Source: Myxococcota bacterium
Lineage (GTDB): Bacteria; Myxococcota_A; SURF-8
DNA length: 64,000 nt
Assembly (NCBI GenBank): GCA_963674735.2
Contig: CAXXQS010000002.1
Coordinates: forward strand, 864,001 to 928,000
Reading direction: 5' to 3'
Shown: positions 55,174-64,000 of the stretch, piece after piece
How positions within the stretch are numbered: the stretch's first letter is position 1
Layout: each line of letters starts with the position of its first letter
Translations under genes and position numbers: made by a program
The notes under the pieces: generated by a model
The model's input: only the letters and a program-made list of their open reading frames with translations
Told to the model about the DNA's origin: nothing
Databases searched by the model: none

Positions 55174-58100
55174 TTATTCCAAGCACTCGGCGTCGTATTC
55201 CACCACGATCTCCGCTCCCGGAGGCGGCGGGTCGTCGTCGGGGAACACGATGCTGTTGGAGGGCGAGTCATATTCCCAGGTGTCGTCCACATCTCCGCTC
55301 ACGGTCACGACGATGGTCGATTCGTCCGCCGAACGCGACAGGAAGAACTGGCTCTTAAGCGCAAACAGGTTGTCGGCGAGTGTGTCGTACACCGGCCGAT
55401 AATCCGTCTCGCAGATGGACATGAAGTGCGCATCGTCGTGCACGTTGCAGGCGTCGGCCACGGCGTTGTAGCGCTTGCCCGCCGATGCACTCTGGTCATC
55501 AGTGGTGTCGGTGCAGCCGCCGTCGGGATCACCCACGATGGCGTAGACCTCGATCATGTTGACATTGCGCATGCCCTTGATGGAGCGGAAGAAATCGATA
55601 TAGAAGGGCACTTCCGCTTCAGCCTGGTCTTCCTCGTCCGAGACGAAAATGATGGACAGCTTGGCGTCCTCACGTAGGAAGCCCGCGTTTTCGTTCAGAA
55701 TCAGCGGTTCGTCGAGCGCCATGTAGGCGGCTTCCAGGCCGGCTTCCTGGCCACCATCACAACCGGTGCCCAATTCGATACGATCTTCGAATTCATCGCG
55801 CAGGCGATCATTGTCCCAGCCGCTTTCACGGTTGGCCATCACCGCCGGGGTTCCCTGCAGTTTACCGCTATGGCTGGCCTCGATGATATCGGCGGAAATC
55901 ACGCCGAGGTGCAGATCGGCATTCCAGGTAACGGCCTCATCGATAAACCAGCCGAAGTTCTGCGACAGCCGTCCCTGCTCTTCGCTCATCGAACCGGAGC
56001 AGTCCACCGCCCACAGGATGTCGACCATCGGATACATATTCTGTTCGAAGGTGTCGACGGTGTGGCTGACCAGGGTTCCATCGCCCTGCAAGGGAACGAT
56101 GAAGATCTGATTTTCGTCGTCGTCGTTGACGATTTCCACGCGCCCTTCGTGCGGCCCCTCTTTACTGGGGCAGAACTTGACCTCGAAGGAGAAGCTTTGC
56201 GGATTACCTTCGCCACCGAGCGTAACCGGCATGCTCGGCAGGCCGACCAACTCGAAGCGCTCATCCGATCCCGCACCGATTTGGATAGTGGAAATGGACA
56301 ATTCCAGGTTTCCGACATTCCACACGTTGACCTGCTCGCGGCGCGAACAGCAATCCAGCGTAACCAGTCCGAAATCGAGTTTGGACGGTAAAACTTCGAT
56401 GCCTTTGCGAGCGCCGTAGCCCTGCACACCGGCGGCTATGAACAAGCTGGAATCGGGTGGAGCCGAACCTTCGGGCGCCCAAGCATATTTTTCCGCATTG
56501 GAATAGAAGTTGAATCCCGAAGCGTACAGCACGCCTGCGGAACTGGGCAGGAAGGTGAGATCGAGATACATCGATTCACCACGATCCAAGGTCTGGTTCG
56601 CAAAGGCGCCCGGCGCTTCCACGAAATGGCCCGACTCCAGAGGCGGCGAATTGAAAAACGGATTCTGCCAGACAAAGCCCCACAGGTTGAGGGGAAGGTC
56701 ACCGCAGTTCTTGATTGTCATCGTTTCAGTGTGCGGCACGTTGATGTTGGAATTACCGAAGTTGATGCCCGGTCCCGGAACCTCGCCGAGTCCGGCAAAG
56801 CCGACTTTACCCGCCAGAGGCGAAATCTCCAAACAGGGCGGTTTCAAGTCGACAACGGATCCCAGAAGATCGACGAACTCCACCTGCTCGGCCTGATTTT
56901 TATCGACCCAGGTGACTTCCGCCCGTCCGACCAGGTTCTGGTCGATGGTGTGCACGCCTTGAATCGGAGAGAACGACACCACCACCGATTTCGTCGTTTT
57001 GGCTTCAAGCGCCACCGGCGGCTTGACTCCGCTGTTTTCCCCATCGAACGAAGCCAGATAGAAGGCTCCATCGGCGTCGTTGGTCAATTCGATCTTGCGA
57101 ATCTGGGTTCCCGCGCCGCCCATGTTTTTGATCAGGAAATATTTTTTGTTTTCAAGTCCCCAAGCGGCTTCACCGAAATTCAACGCCGTCGGTTCCAACT
57201 CGACTTTCGGAACCTCTTTGAGCTGCGAATAAAGGCGAATGCGCGTAACCGGCTGATTGGCCGCGTCGCTCATCAGGACCAACATGCCTTCTTCGGCCAC
57301 TTCGTCGACCGGTTCGAAGGTCAGACCCAGTTCGTATTGATTTCCCGACGCGATCACGCGGGGGATGGCCCAGTGATTCTGCGGGTCATCGATGCTGAAT
57401 TCATCCGAGGTCTCACTCGTGAAGTACAGGGCTTTGATGGTGAGATCGCCCGTGCCGTTGTTGGTGATGGTCGTTTCTTTGTAGGCCGATTCACCGGGAT
57501 ACACCGCGCCGAAATTCAGCTCGGTGGGACGAGCGGAAATCTGGCTATCCGACGAACTGGTTTTGGGGGTGAGAGTAATGAGACAAGCCCCGCAATCGAG
57601 CGTAATGATCTGACCCACGGTTCCCGAACCGCTGCAGCTCATTCCGTCGTCAGTGCTGATGCCGTTTCCGTTCACCTGGCCACGAATCCATTTGTCGGCG
57701 CCATCGTTGTAGAAGAGCGAAATCTCGCAACTCATGTAATCCACCGCCACCCAGACATCGTAGTAGGAGGTTCCGGAGCAGTTGAATTCACCTTCGTACA
57801 GACCGCTGAAGTCATCACAGGTCAGATCATCGCCGTCGGGGTTATCTCCATCGGGGTTATCACCATCGGGTTCATCACCATCGGGTGAATCGCCATCGGT
57901 CGGCCCGGTCGCCGTGCAGACACCGGCATCGCCGCAAAACGACAACGTCTGGCCATACCAGGACACGCACTGATCGTTGGCCGTACATTGGCCATGATCG
58001 ATGCAGACGCCCGTGCTGTTGCAACTCATGTTACCGGTTGCTTCGTAACAATCGGCATCGGTGGTGCAGGTCTGGCCCGGACCGGACGTATCTCCATCGG

Positions 58101-58194
58101 GATCTTCGTCGGCACCACTGCTGCCACATCCGCTAGCGGTCAATAAAACAATAGCCACCACAAGGGCCCACCAAGTGTAAACGGCGCGTGTCAT
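55174..58194 (-). CDS. Lipoprotein with DGD linker, about four ASH/choice-of-anchor-D Ig domains and CglB-like vWA domain
   Basis: ASGC lipobox; L(N/D)FG..(I/V).N.G..L repeats; VDILWAVDCSGSMSEEQ MIDAS; GFLREDAKL..FVSDEED. Confidence 0.82.
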   Translation of the reverse strand: MTRAVYTWWALVVAIVLLTASGCGSSGADEDPDGDTSGPGQTCTTDADCYEATGNMSCNSTGVCIDHGQCTANDQCVSWYGQTLSFCGDAGVCTATGPTDGDSPDGDEPDGDNPDGDNPDGDDLTCDDFSGLYEGEFNCSGTSYYDVWVAVDYMSCEISLFYNDGADKWIRGQVNGNGISTDDGMSCSGSGTVGQIITLDCGACLITLTPKTSSSDSQISARPTELNFGAVYPGESAYKETTITNNGTGDLTIKALYFTSETSDEFSIDDPQNHWAIPRVIASGNQYELGLTFEPVDEVAEEGMLVLMSDAANQPVTRIRLYSQLKEVPKVELEPTALNFGEAAWGLENKKYFLIKNMGGAGTQIRKIELTNDADGAFYLASFDGENSGVKPPVALEAKTTKSVVVSFSPIQGVHTIDQNLVGRAEVTWVDKNQAEQVEFVDLLGSVVDLKPPCLEISPLAGKVGFAGLGEVPGPGINFGNSNINVPHTETMTIKNCGDLPLNLWGFVWQNPFFNSPPLESGHFVEAPGAFANQTLDRGESMYLDLTFLPSSAGVLYASGFNFYSNAEKYAWAPEGSAPPDSSLFIAAGVQGYGARKGIEVLPSKLDFGLVTLDCCSRREQVNVWNVGNLELSISTIQIGAGSDERFELVGLPSMPVTLGGEGNPQSFSFEVKFCPSKEGPHEGRVEIVNDDDENQIFIVPLQGDGTLVSHTVDTFEQNMYPMVDILWAVDCSGSMSEEQGRLSQNFGWFIDEAVTWNADLHLGVISADIIEASHSGKLQGTPAVMANRESGWDNDRLRDEFEDRIELGTGCDGGQEAGLEAAYMALDEPLILNENAGFLREDAKLSIIFVSDEEDQAEAEVPFYIDFFRSIKGMRNVNMIEVYAIVGDPDGGCTDTTDDQSASAGKRYNAVADACNVHDDAHFMSICETDYRPVYDTLADNLFALKSQFFLSRSADESTIVVTVSGDVDDTWEYDSPSNSIVFPDDDPPPPGAEIVVEYDAECLE
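57826..57897. repeat. 15-bp tandem repeat encoding DGD(S/E/N/N/D)P x5
   Basis: DGDSPDGDEPDGDNPDGDNPDGDD in the minus-strand ORF. Confidence 0.8.
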
Positions 58195-58301
58195 GGATCC
58201 TACTCCTGTTCGGCGTGTGTTCGAACCTGTTCCCGTGGCGTGATCGATAAGCGATAAACTCCACTCTCGATTTCAAGAACTGGTTACAGATAACCTATAG
58301 A

Positions 58302-58329
58302 ATTATCTATTAATGGCAGCTTCTGTCAA
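58302..58329 (-). promoter_or_regulatory. sigma70-type promoter for vWA lipoprotein
   Basis: TTGACA-16 bp-GATAAT on minus strand in AT-rich gap. Confidence 0.5.
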
Positions 58330-58377
58330 GTAAGAAGTTCGACAAACCGGAGATTTTGAAAACACAAACTACCGGTA

Positions 58378-60129
58378 TCAGTGGCTTTTAGTAGGCTTTC
58401 GCTTTTCGGCACCGGGTTTCAGAGCGTATATCGTGTACAGTGGCAGGCCCCAAACCGTTTTCGTATGAAGTTCGGGGTAGCGACGATAGGCGTTGAGCAA
58501 TGGGAAGTAGTGCTCCCAGCGTCGTTCGTGGGTCAACACCATGAATTCCGCGTCCTTGGGACGACTGACGCGGATATGGGCCGTCAGTTTGTGGTCGCGT
58601 TTGTACCAGGGATAGGTGCGCTGGTACTCCCCGACATTGGGTTCATACGAAATCGTGGCGCGCTTGGGACCGTTTTCGTTCCAATAATCGATCATGGAAC
58701 GGTAGCACATATCGTAGTACTGGCGTTCCAATCCCATTTCCGCCGCCCCGCGCGGACCACCGGCCAGCTCGTTGTAGTACGACAGCATGTAGGGATACAC
58801 CCGTCCCATGGCCAGCGCGCCGGGAAGAAGCAATAGCACACCCAAAACAGCCCCCGAAAGGACGGCGGTGCGTTTAAAAAGGGACCAATTTCCGGCCAAG
58901 TGCCTTCGCAAGAGCTCGAACCCATAGCCCGCCAAAACGGCGAAGAAAGGGAAAAAGGGCTGAAACAGCTTGACGCCGCCATACTTGGGGTTGTTTGGGA
59001 AAGCCACGATGGCAACGGCAAAAAAGGCATTGATCGCCATCAGCAGGGCGACGTCGGCCTCGCCTCCGGGCTCCTCGCCGATGGGCGGGGCGCTCTTCGA
59101 AGTCAGGTTTTCGGGCCGCAACTGACGCAAACCGCGCCAGAATCCGAAACCGCCCAACAACAGCAGAAGAAGCGGGACCGTGAAAAGCAGGTAAACGAAC
59201 GGCGCATGCCAGGGCGCGAAGGGCGTATCGTAAATCGAGCCCAGATACAACAGCTTGATGCCGTAGTGGTGGAAATGAAAGTTGAAATAATCCCATAGTT
59301 TATCCAGCGAATTGTGCCAGATCCAAGGCCACAGCGCGAAAAAGACCGGGAAACTCAGCAGGGCCATCGAGCCGCCGATGGCAAAAAAGCGCCGGACCCC
59401 GATTCCCGCCGCCGGACCGAGCAGAGCGATCCGCCACCAACGATACAACCAGTAGGCCACCAAGGGGAAAACCACGAAAGGTCCGTTCAACTTGGTGCAC
59501 AAGGCCACTCCGAAAACCACGCCGGTCCACACCACCCAGGCTCGGCGACGCTCGGCGCGCCAAGCCGCATAGACCACCCAGAAAACCGTGGTCGCCGTCG
59601 CGAGATCGAGGGTGCCGACATGCATATGGAAAAAGGTTCGCGGCATGCCGAGCAAAGCCAAGACCGAAAAGACCGCCGCATAGGGGCCGAAAGACTCCCA
59701 GCTCAGGCGAAAGACCAAGTAGAGCAGAAACAGCGAGAAGAGGATAATCCCCATTCGTCCGGCATCGATCTGTCCCAACCAGCCCAACCCGTCGTAAAAA
59801 ACCAGCCACCCGAAACCGATGGCCAGTTTCGCCACCGCCGGATGCTCGTGATTGTTGCGCCAGCGCCGCTCGACTTTGGCCTTGGAAAAAGCCGAAAAAT
59901 CGCCTTTGACCGCGCCTTTGGCCGCATCGCGCACCCATTTGATGTAGTCGATTCCGGCCGGGACGTAGAAATCATCGTCGTCGGTCAAGCCCATGTCGTC
60001 GAGCGTCGAAACCAAGATCAACAGGGCCAAGCTCAGAAGCAGAAAGCCGATGAGCGCGTAAGCCAAGCGACCCGGTTTTCGCTGATCCGGGACTTCCCGT
60101 TGACGCAGGTTGATGGCCAGGCCCTTCAT
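58378..60129 (-). CDS. GT-C glycosyltransferase (family 39/PMT-like)
   Basis: TDDDDFY, NHEHP..AK, many TMs, WPW.W, YMLSYYNELAGG. Confidence 0.78.
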   Translation of the reverse strand: MKGLAINLRQREVPDQRKPGRLAYALIGFLLLSLALLILVSTLDDMGLTDDDDFYVPAGIDYIKWVRDAAKGAVKGDFSAFSKAKVERRWRNNHEHPAVAKLAIGFGWLVFYDGLGWLGQIDAGRMGIILFSLFLLYLVFRLSWESFGPYAAVFSVLALLGMPRTFFHMHVGTLDLATATTVFWVVYAAWRAERRRAWVVWTGVVFGVALCTKLNGPFVVFPLVAYWLYRWWRIALLGPAAGIGVRRFFAIGGSMALLSFPVFFALWPWIWHNSLDKLWDYFNFHFHHYGIKLLYLGSIYDTPFAPWHAPFVYLLFTVPLLLLLLGGFGFWRGLRQLRPENLTSKSAPPIGEEPGGEADVALLMAINAFFAVAIVAFPNNPKYGGVKLFQPFFPFFAVLAGYGFELLRRHLAGNWSLFKRTAVLSGAVLGVLLLLPGALAMGRVYPYMLSYYNELAGGPRGAAEMGLERQYYDMCYRSMIDYWNENGPKRATISYEPNVGEYQRTYPWYKRDHKLTAHIRVSRPKDAEFMVLTHERRWEHYFPLLNAYRRYPELHTKTVWGLPLYTIYALKPGAEKRKPTKSH

Positions 60130-61157
60130 GGACGCACCTCGTCGCGTTTGGGAATGGTCTTGCGCTGCGGCTTGTGCCGAGATGGCGCGGGCGTTGCGGG
60201 TGTCCGATCCGGCGTTGCCTGGATTCGCCCAGTTGGTCCCGATTCGCTCGCTGCGTCCGATGCGCCGGATTCGCTCGCTGCGTCATCGTCACCGCGCAGT
60301 TGCGCCAACCAACAGAAATGGCGCATCCCGTCTTTGGCGGCGGTCACTTCGAATACCACATCCATGCGCGAGCCTTTGAAACGGCTGGTATCGATATCGA
60401 AGGGCTGCCAGCCTTTCTTCTGCTCGCTGTGATAGTCGCCCACTTGTCGGCCGTTGATGAGAATGCGGAAACGCACCGGCGTTTTGTTGTTGGCATCGAT
60501 GGCGGGATCGGCAAGAGCATAGCGACCCATGAGCCGGTCGGAAAGACGCAGGTTGCGGTATCGGGCGCGGGTGGTCCAGCCACGCAAAGGATGCATCCAC
60601 AAGACATTCTGCATTTCACCCTGGATGAAAACGGCACGCTGCCCGAAGTAATTCCAGTCGCGTCGCGGACAGTAGTAGCGCATCAGGCGAAACTCGTTGC
60701 AGGGTTGAACGTCTTTGCCCCGCTGCAATTCCACTTTCGCATCCTCGACACTGACGAAGAAATCGTAGCGTACATCGGCCGCGTCGGGGCGGGCGTAACG
60801 AAGCACCCGCAACGGCCCGACGGTTTTTTCGAAGCCGAGTTCGAAATCGCCCATATAACCAGGAGTCGAGGCTCCATGGGCCAAGACGAGCCAAACATAT
60901 GGGTAACTCAAATGGGAATCGACGTTGGGACGCCCGAGAACCAGAACGTGCTTTTGAAAATGGCGGGTGGCGCCATGCTCCCAGACCGGGTGCACGATCA
61001 CCATATCTCCGGAGGAACCCTGCTCGGCAATGATCGATTCCGCCGCGCCCCAGGCGGCGTCGTCAACCGGAACCGGGTCGGGCCACAGCACCGATCCGAG
61101 GCTAAACAAAAATGCCAGCCCCAACAGTCCCGGAAATATCCATCCTCGCCTACGCAT
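60126..61157 (-). CDS. Membrane-anchored exported hypothetical protein coupled to the GT-C gene
   Basis: N-terminal TM; 4-bp overlap with downstream GT; beta-sandwich-like C-terminal part (LWMHP, RILING, GW..FDID, RHFCW). Confidence 0.6.
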   Translation of the reverse strand: MRRRGWIFPGLLGLAFLFSLGSVLWPDPVPVDDAAWGAAESIIAEQGSSGDMVIVHPVWEHGATRHFQKHVLVLGRPNVDSHLSYPYVWLVLAHGASTPGYMGDFELGFEKTVGPLRVLRYARPDAADVRYDFFVSVEDAKVELQRGKDVQPCNEFRLMRYYCPRRDWNYFGQRAVFIQGEMQNVLWMHPLRGWTTRARYRNLRLSDRLMGRYALADPAIDANNKTPVRFRILINGRQVGDYHSEQKKGWQPFDIDTSRFKGSRMDVVFEVTAAKDGMRHFCWLAQLRGDDDAASESGASDAASESGPTGRIQATPDRTPATPAPSRHKPQRKTIPKRDEVRP

Positions 61158-61236
61158 AGCGCTCCTTTCTCTGGTAACCGTGGTTTTTACCATACCCCCT
61201 TTTGCAATGGCTACTTTTTTCGGTTCAGCGGCGATC

Positions 61237-62394
61237 TTATTCCGTAACCATGAAGGTTCCCTTCACAATCGGTTCGGGACCGCAGCTTATTTCAAGCTGG
61301 TAGGTTCCCTCCTGCGTCGGAGTATAGGAATGGGTGTAAAGATCGTGGGCGGGGGTCCACTGGAAAGATTCCTCGCGCAACTTTTCCCGCTCGGCTCCCT
61401 TATCTCGGTAGATACGATCATAGAGATGATCTTCACTGCAGTCGATGTCGCGCAACAGGTAATGAATCTTGGTATTGACGTCGAAGACCTCGCCGGGATC
61501 CAGAATGGCCCACCCATCTTCTTCACTCAAACCCGTCCCAAACTCGACCTGCTGCCCTTCCGGTTCCAGAAACTGCTCTTTGAAATCATCGTAGTAATAG
61601 CCGGCAAACAAGGCTGTCAGAATGATGCGCACCACGATGTTTCCCATAAATCCTTTGCGCGGCGATAGCCATAGCAGGATGATGCCCGCCGGGGGGAACA
61701 TCGCCAAAGCCAGAATAATGATCCAGGGAGACGCCCAAACCGGGGGAGATTGCCGGGTACCCGGAACCGGAGCCGACTCTCGCGGCGAACGCGACTCGGA
61801 ACGAAAATCGTTCGGATAGGGTTGTTCGGCTTGAGGTTGCGACGGAAAGCGTTCCTGCCGCTGGGCGGCTTCACGCTCTTCTATTCGTTGCTGAAGGATT
61901 TCAAGAATGTTCTGCGGGTGAGGATCAGGCACGATCTCGCGAGGTTCCGGAAGCGGTTTTTTCTTTTTTCTTTCGTAAGCCGCCTCTTTACGTCGTATTT
62001 CCCGAAGCACCATTTCGCTGTCCAGCTTGTGCATCAGCTTGCGAAACACTTCGTAGTCGTCCCACCCCAGAACATTGTCAGCGTAGTATCGTTTCGCTCG
62101 GCGCAGATAGGTTTTCAAAGCTTTGAATTCAGCATCGCTAAAGTCTTCGGGCGACCGGGCGGTCATCAGCTTGATTTTCGCATCCAGTTCATCACGGGGA
62201 TCCACACTTTCCTGCCCGTTCTCCCCGGCAGAGTCATCGTGAACATCAAGGACTTCATCCAGCGCCATACAACGGCCGGACTCGACCTCCGTAACATCCG
62301 CATCCGAAGTGATTCTCCCGCTTCGCCGCCATTTGGCGAGCTGCTCCAACGACTCCACGTCTTGTGTGCGGCCGTTCACCACCACTCGGTACAT
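61237..62394 (-). CDS. Hypothetical membrane protein (GYF_2-like N-terminus, Pro-rich linker, TM hairpin, Ig-like C-terminus)
   Basis: MYRVVVNG..SLEQL..W..SGRIT....V; WIIILALAMFPPAGIILLW; EGTYQLEI..GTF; AAGGAG RBS. Confidence 0.6.
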   Translation of the reverse strand: MYRVVVNGRTQDVESLEQLAKWRRSGRITSDADVTEVESGRCMALDEVLDVHDDSAGENGQESVDPRDELDAKIKLMTARSPEDFSDAEFKALKTYLRRAKRYYADNVLGWDDYEVFRKLMHKLDSEMVLREIRRKEAAYERKKKKPLPEPREIVPDPHPQNILEILQQRIEEREAAQRQERFPSQPQAEQPYPNDFRSESRSPRESAPVPGTRQSPPVWASPWIIILALAMFPPAGIILLWLSPRKGFMGNIVVRIILTALFAGYYYDDFKEQFLEPEGQQVEFGTGLSEEDGWAILDPGEVFDVNTKIHYLLRDIDCSEDHLYDRIYRDKGAEREKLREESFQWTPAHDLYTHSYTPTQEGTYQLEISCGPEPIVKGTFMVTE

Positions 62395-62552
62395 GCTGAT
62401 TCTCCTTCACGTACGCAGGATGAAGACCACCCCGCCCGCTATGCTTTTGAACATTCAAAGCACCCACGAGCATACCACAGCACAGGTGATTGCGTCTTCT
62501 TTTCATGTTAGACTGTATCATACCCTGTGACGATTCCAGAAAGGATGGCTTC

Positions 62553-63128
62553 ATGTCGGATACTTGGCGTTTGTTTATCGCGATCGGCCTCTCTCCCGAG
62601 CTGCATCAACGCTTGTTGCCGCTACGCGAAGCCCTGGTCACGGCGCGTGAGCGGCAGGGTGGAGGACTCTCCATCCCGCCTTTGGCCAACCTGCATCTCA
62701 CCCTGCAGTTTCTGGGCGATACCCCGGCCAGCCTGGTCCCCGTTATCGATCGGCACCTGAATCTCGCCCTGAGCGGCTGCGCGGCTTTTACCGTTCCCGT
62801 GCGCGGCGTGGGCGCTTTCCCGCAACTGAACCGCCCGCGCATAATATGGGCGGGCCTGTCTTCGAGCGAGAAGCTGACCTCGTTGCACCGGCATGTCATC
62901 GACGGCCTCGACGGCCTTCCGTTACGACTCGACCGCAAACCCTTCAAACCTCACCTCACCCTCGCACGAGTCAAACAAACACACGGACACCACATCCAAG
63001 ACGCGCTGAAACCCTATCTTTCTGAAGACTTTGGAGTTCTGAAAGTCGAATCGGTCCGTTTGTATCGATCGGAATTGCATCAATCCGGAGCTGTTTACAC
63101 GCCTCTGGCGACCTGGCGGCTCGAATAA
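62553..63128 (+). CDS. thpR: RNA 2',3'-cyclic phosphodiesterase (2H family)
   Basis: RLFIAI, NLHLTLQFLG, GAFP..RPRIIWAG, FKPHLTLAR, S.L...GAVY. Confidence 0.93.
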   Translation: MSDTWRLFIAIGLSPELHQRLLPLREALVTARERQGGGLSIPPLANLHLTLQFLGDTPASLVPVIDRHLNLALSGCAAFTVPVRGVGAFPQLNRPRIIWAGLSSSEKLTSLHRHVIDGLDGLPLRLDRKPFKPHLTLARVKQTHGHHIQDALKPYLSEDFGVLKVESVRLYRSELHQSGAVYTPLATWRLE

Positions 63129-63202
63129 CGAGGCGGCAAAGCTTGAGTCGACCGGTGAAAACCGATACAATCTCGATTGTATCCCTTATTACGGAGACCG
63201 CG

Positions 63203-64000
63203 ATGCGCCACACGTTCCCTCTGTCAATCGTGCTATTAAGTATCTGGATTTGTTGGAGCAATCCCCTTCAAGCCGAGACGGAACTGGCGGGCCTGTGGGG
63301 CGGCAAATATGGAGACATGCAGGTGACGGTCGACGGGACGGCCGTCACCGGAACTCTGGTCAACACCTCGAAATTTTGTCCTTTCGAGAATGGCCGAACG
63401 CTTTTCAAAGGCACGCGCAAAGGCGATCTTCTGACGGGTCAGTTCCTCATGTGCCAGGCGGACGACGACTGCGGCCCGCCGGTATGGGCGCAGGCTTTGT
63501 TGCTGATCGGCAAGAACGCGACGGTACTCAGCGGCAGCGCAACCGCCAAGGCGACCTGCCCGCTGGTGGGCTTCTCCAAATCGGAAAACGGCGAAAAAGG
63601 CTTGTATTTCAAACGGCTGCAACAAAAAAAACTCGAACCATCCAACCCGAAAATGTCCAGCGCTTCCAACAAAGCTCCTTCCGTCCAAGAGCCTGAAAAA
63701 GTGAAACCGAAAGCCAAACCGGCTCCGTTGTTACCCGGTCCGCCCGCTCCCCCCGGCACCTACGACCCGCGGGCGGCCATCAAAGCCAGCGATTCAATCA
63801 CGCAACTTCTGTTCAAAGGCAAACAGGCCTTGGTGGCGGGGCGTTTCGAAGCTGCCCGGCAAGCATTCGAAAAAATACTGAAAAAAGATCCCGGGCACCC
63901 GGCCGCCCTGGTGGGGACGGGCGTCAGCCACTACGGTCGTAACGAACGCGATGTCGCCATGACCTATTACAAACAGGCGCTATCCGAGGATCCCAACTTC
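63203..64000 (+). CDS. Exported TPR protein, truncated by window end (absent from ORF track)
   Basis: GGAG RBS, ATG 63203, MRHTFPLSIVLLSIW signal, open to 64000, ends GRFEAARQAFEKIL..DP..ALVGTG..AMTYYKQAL..DP. Confidence 0.75.
   Translation, partial: MRHTFPLSIVLLSIWICWSNPLQAETELAGLWGGKYGDMQVTVDGTAVTGTLVNTSKFCPFENGRTLFKGTRKGDLLTGQFLMCQADDDCGPPVWAQALLLIGKNATVLSGSATAKATCPLVGFSKSENGEKGLYFKRLQQKKLEPSNPKMSSASNKAPSVQEPEKVKPKAKPAPLLPGPPAPPGTYDPRAAIKASDSITQLLFKGKQALVAGRFEAARQAFEKILKKDPGHPAALVGTGVSHYGRNERDVAMTYYKQALSEDPNF

Noticed and set aside
60240-60284. 27-bp-period duplication GATTCGCTCGCTGCGTC
   Set aside because: Two in-frame copies in a disordered C-terminal tail (DAASESG); no wider pattern
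1-64000. tRNA, rRNA, CRISPR-cas, prophage or integrase
   Set aside because: None recognised by eye; tRNAscan/Infernal were not run, so small RNAs could be missed

Overview
GC-rich bacterial window with a deltaproteobacterial/Myxococcota-like flavour (C-terminal GC-TM-RRR sorting signal, Cys-rich secreted proteins, CglB-like vWA lipoprotein); taxonomy is inferred, not established. Order: secreted papain-family protease, YajD-like HNH, GT-C glycosyltransferase, a REP/MITE-rich patch around two small genes (5-7.5 kb), a ~21 kb flagellar cluster (fliT/S/D, flaG, two flagellins, GT2-TPR, fliW, csrA, PilZ protein, flgLKNM, flgJ-M23 fusion, flgIHAGF, divergent fliJ) with readable sigma28/sigma54 promoters, IHF sites, a candidate enhancer motif and CsrA hairpins; a 9-PAS+PocR hybrid kinase; a ZU5/Ig/Cys-rich/WD40 lipoprotein; a maltodextrin uptake operon with a MalE-MalF fusion led by an apparently inactive SGNH lipoprotein; a pseudo-receiver/J-domain plus lidless Hsp70 pair behind an orphan frr; hutH-P1 peptidase-cupin; a vWA lipoprotein; a second GT-C pair; thpR; and a TPR gene running off the end. 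No rRNA, tRNA, CRISPR array or transposase was seen. All calls are from motif reading by eye; no database searches were run.
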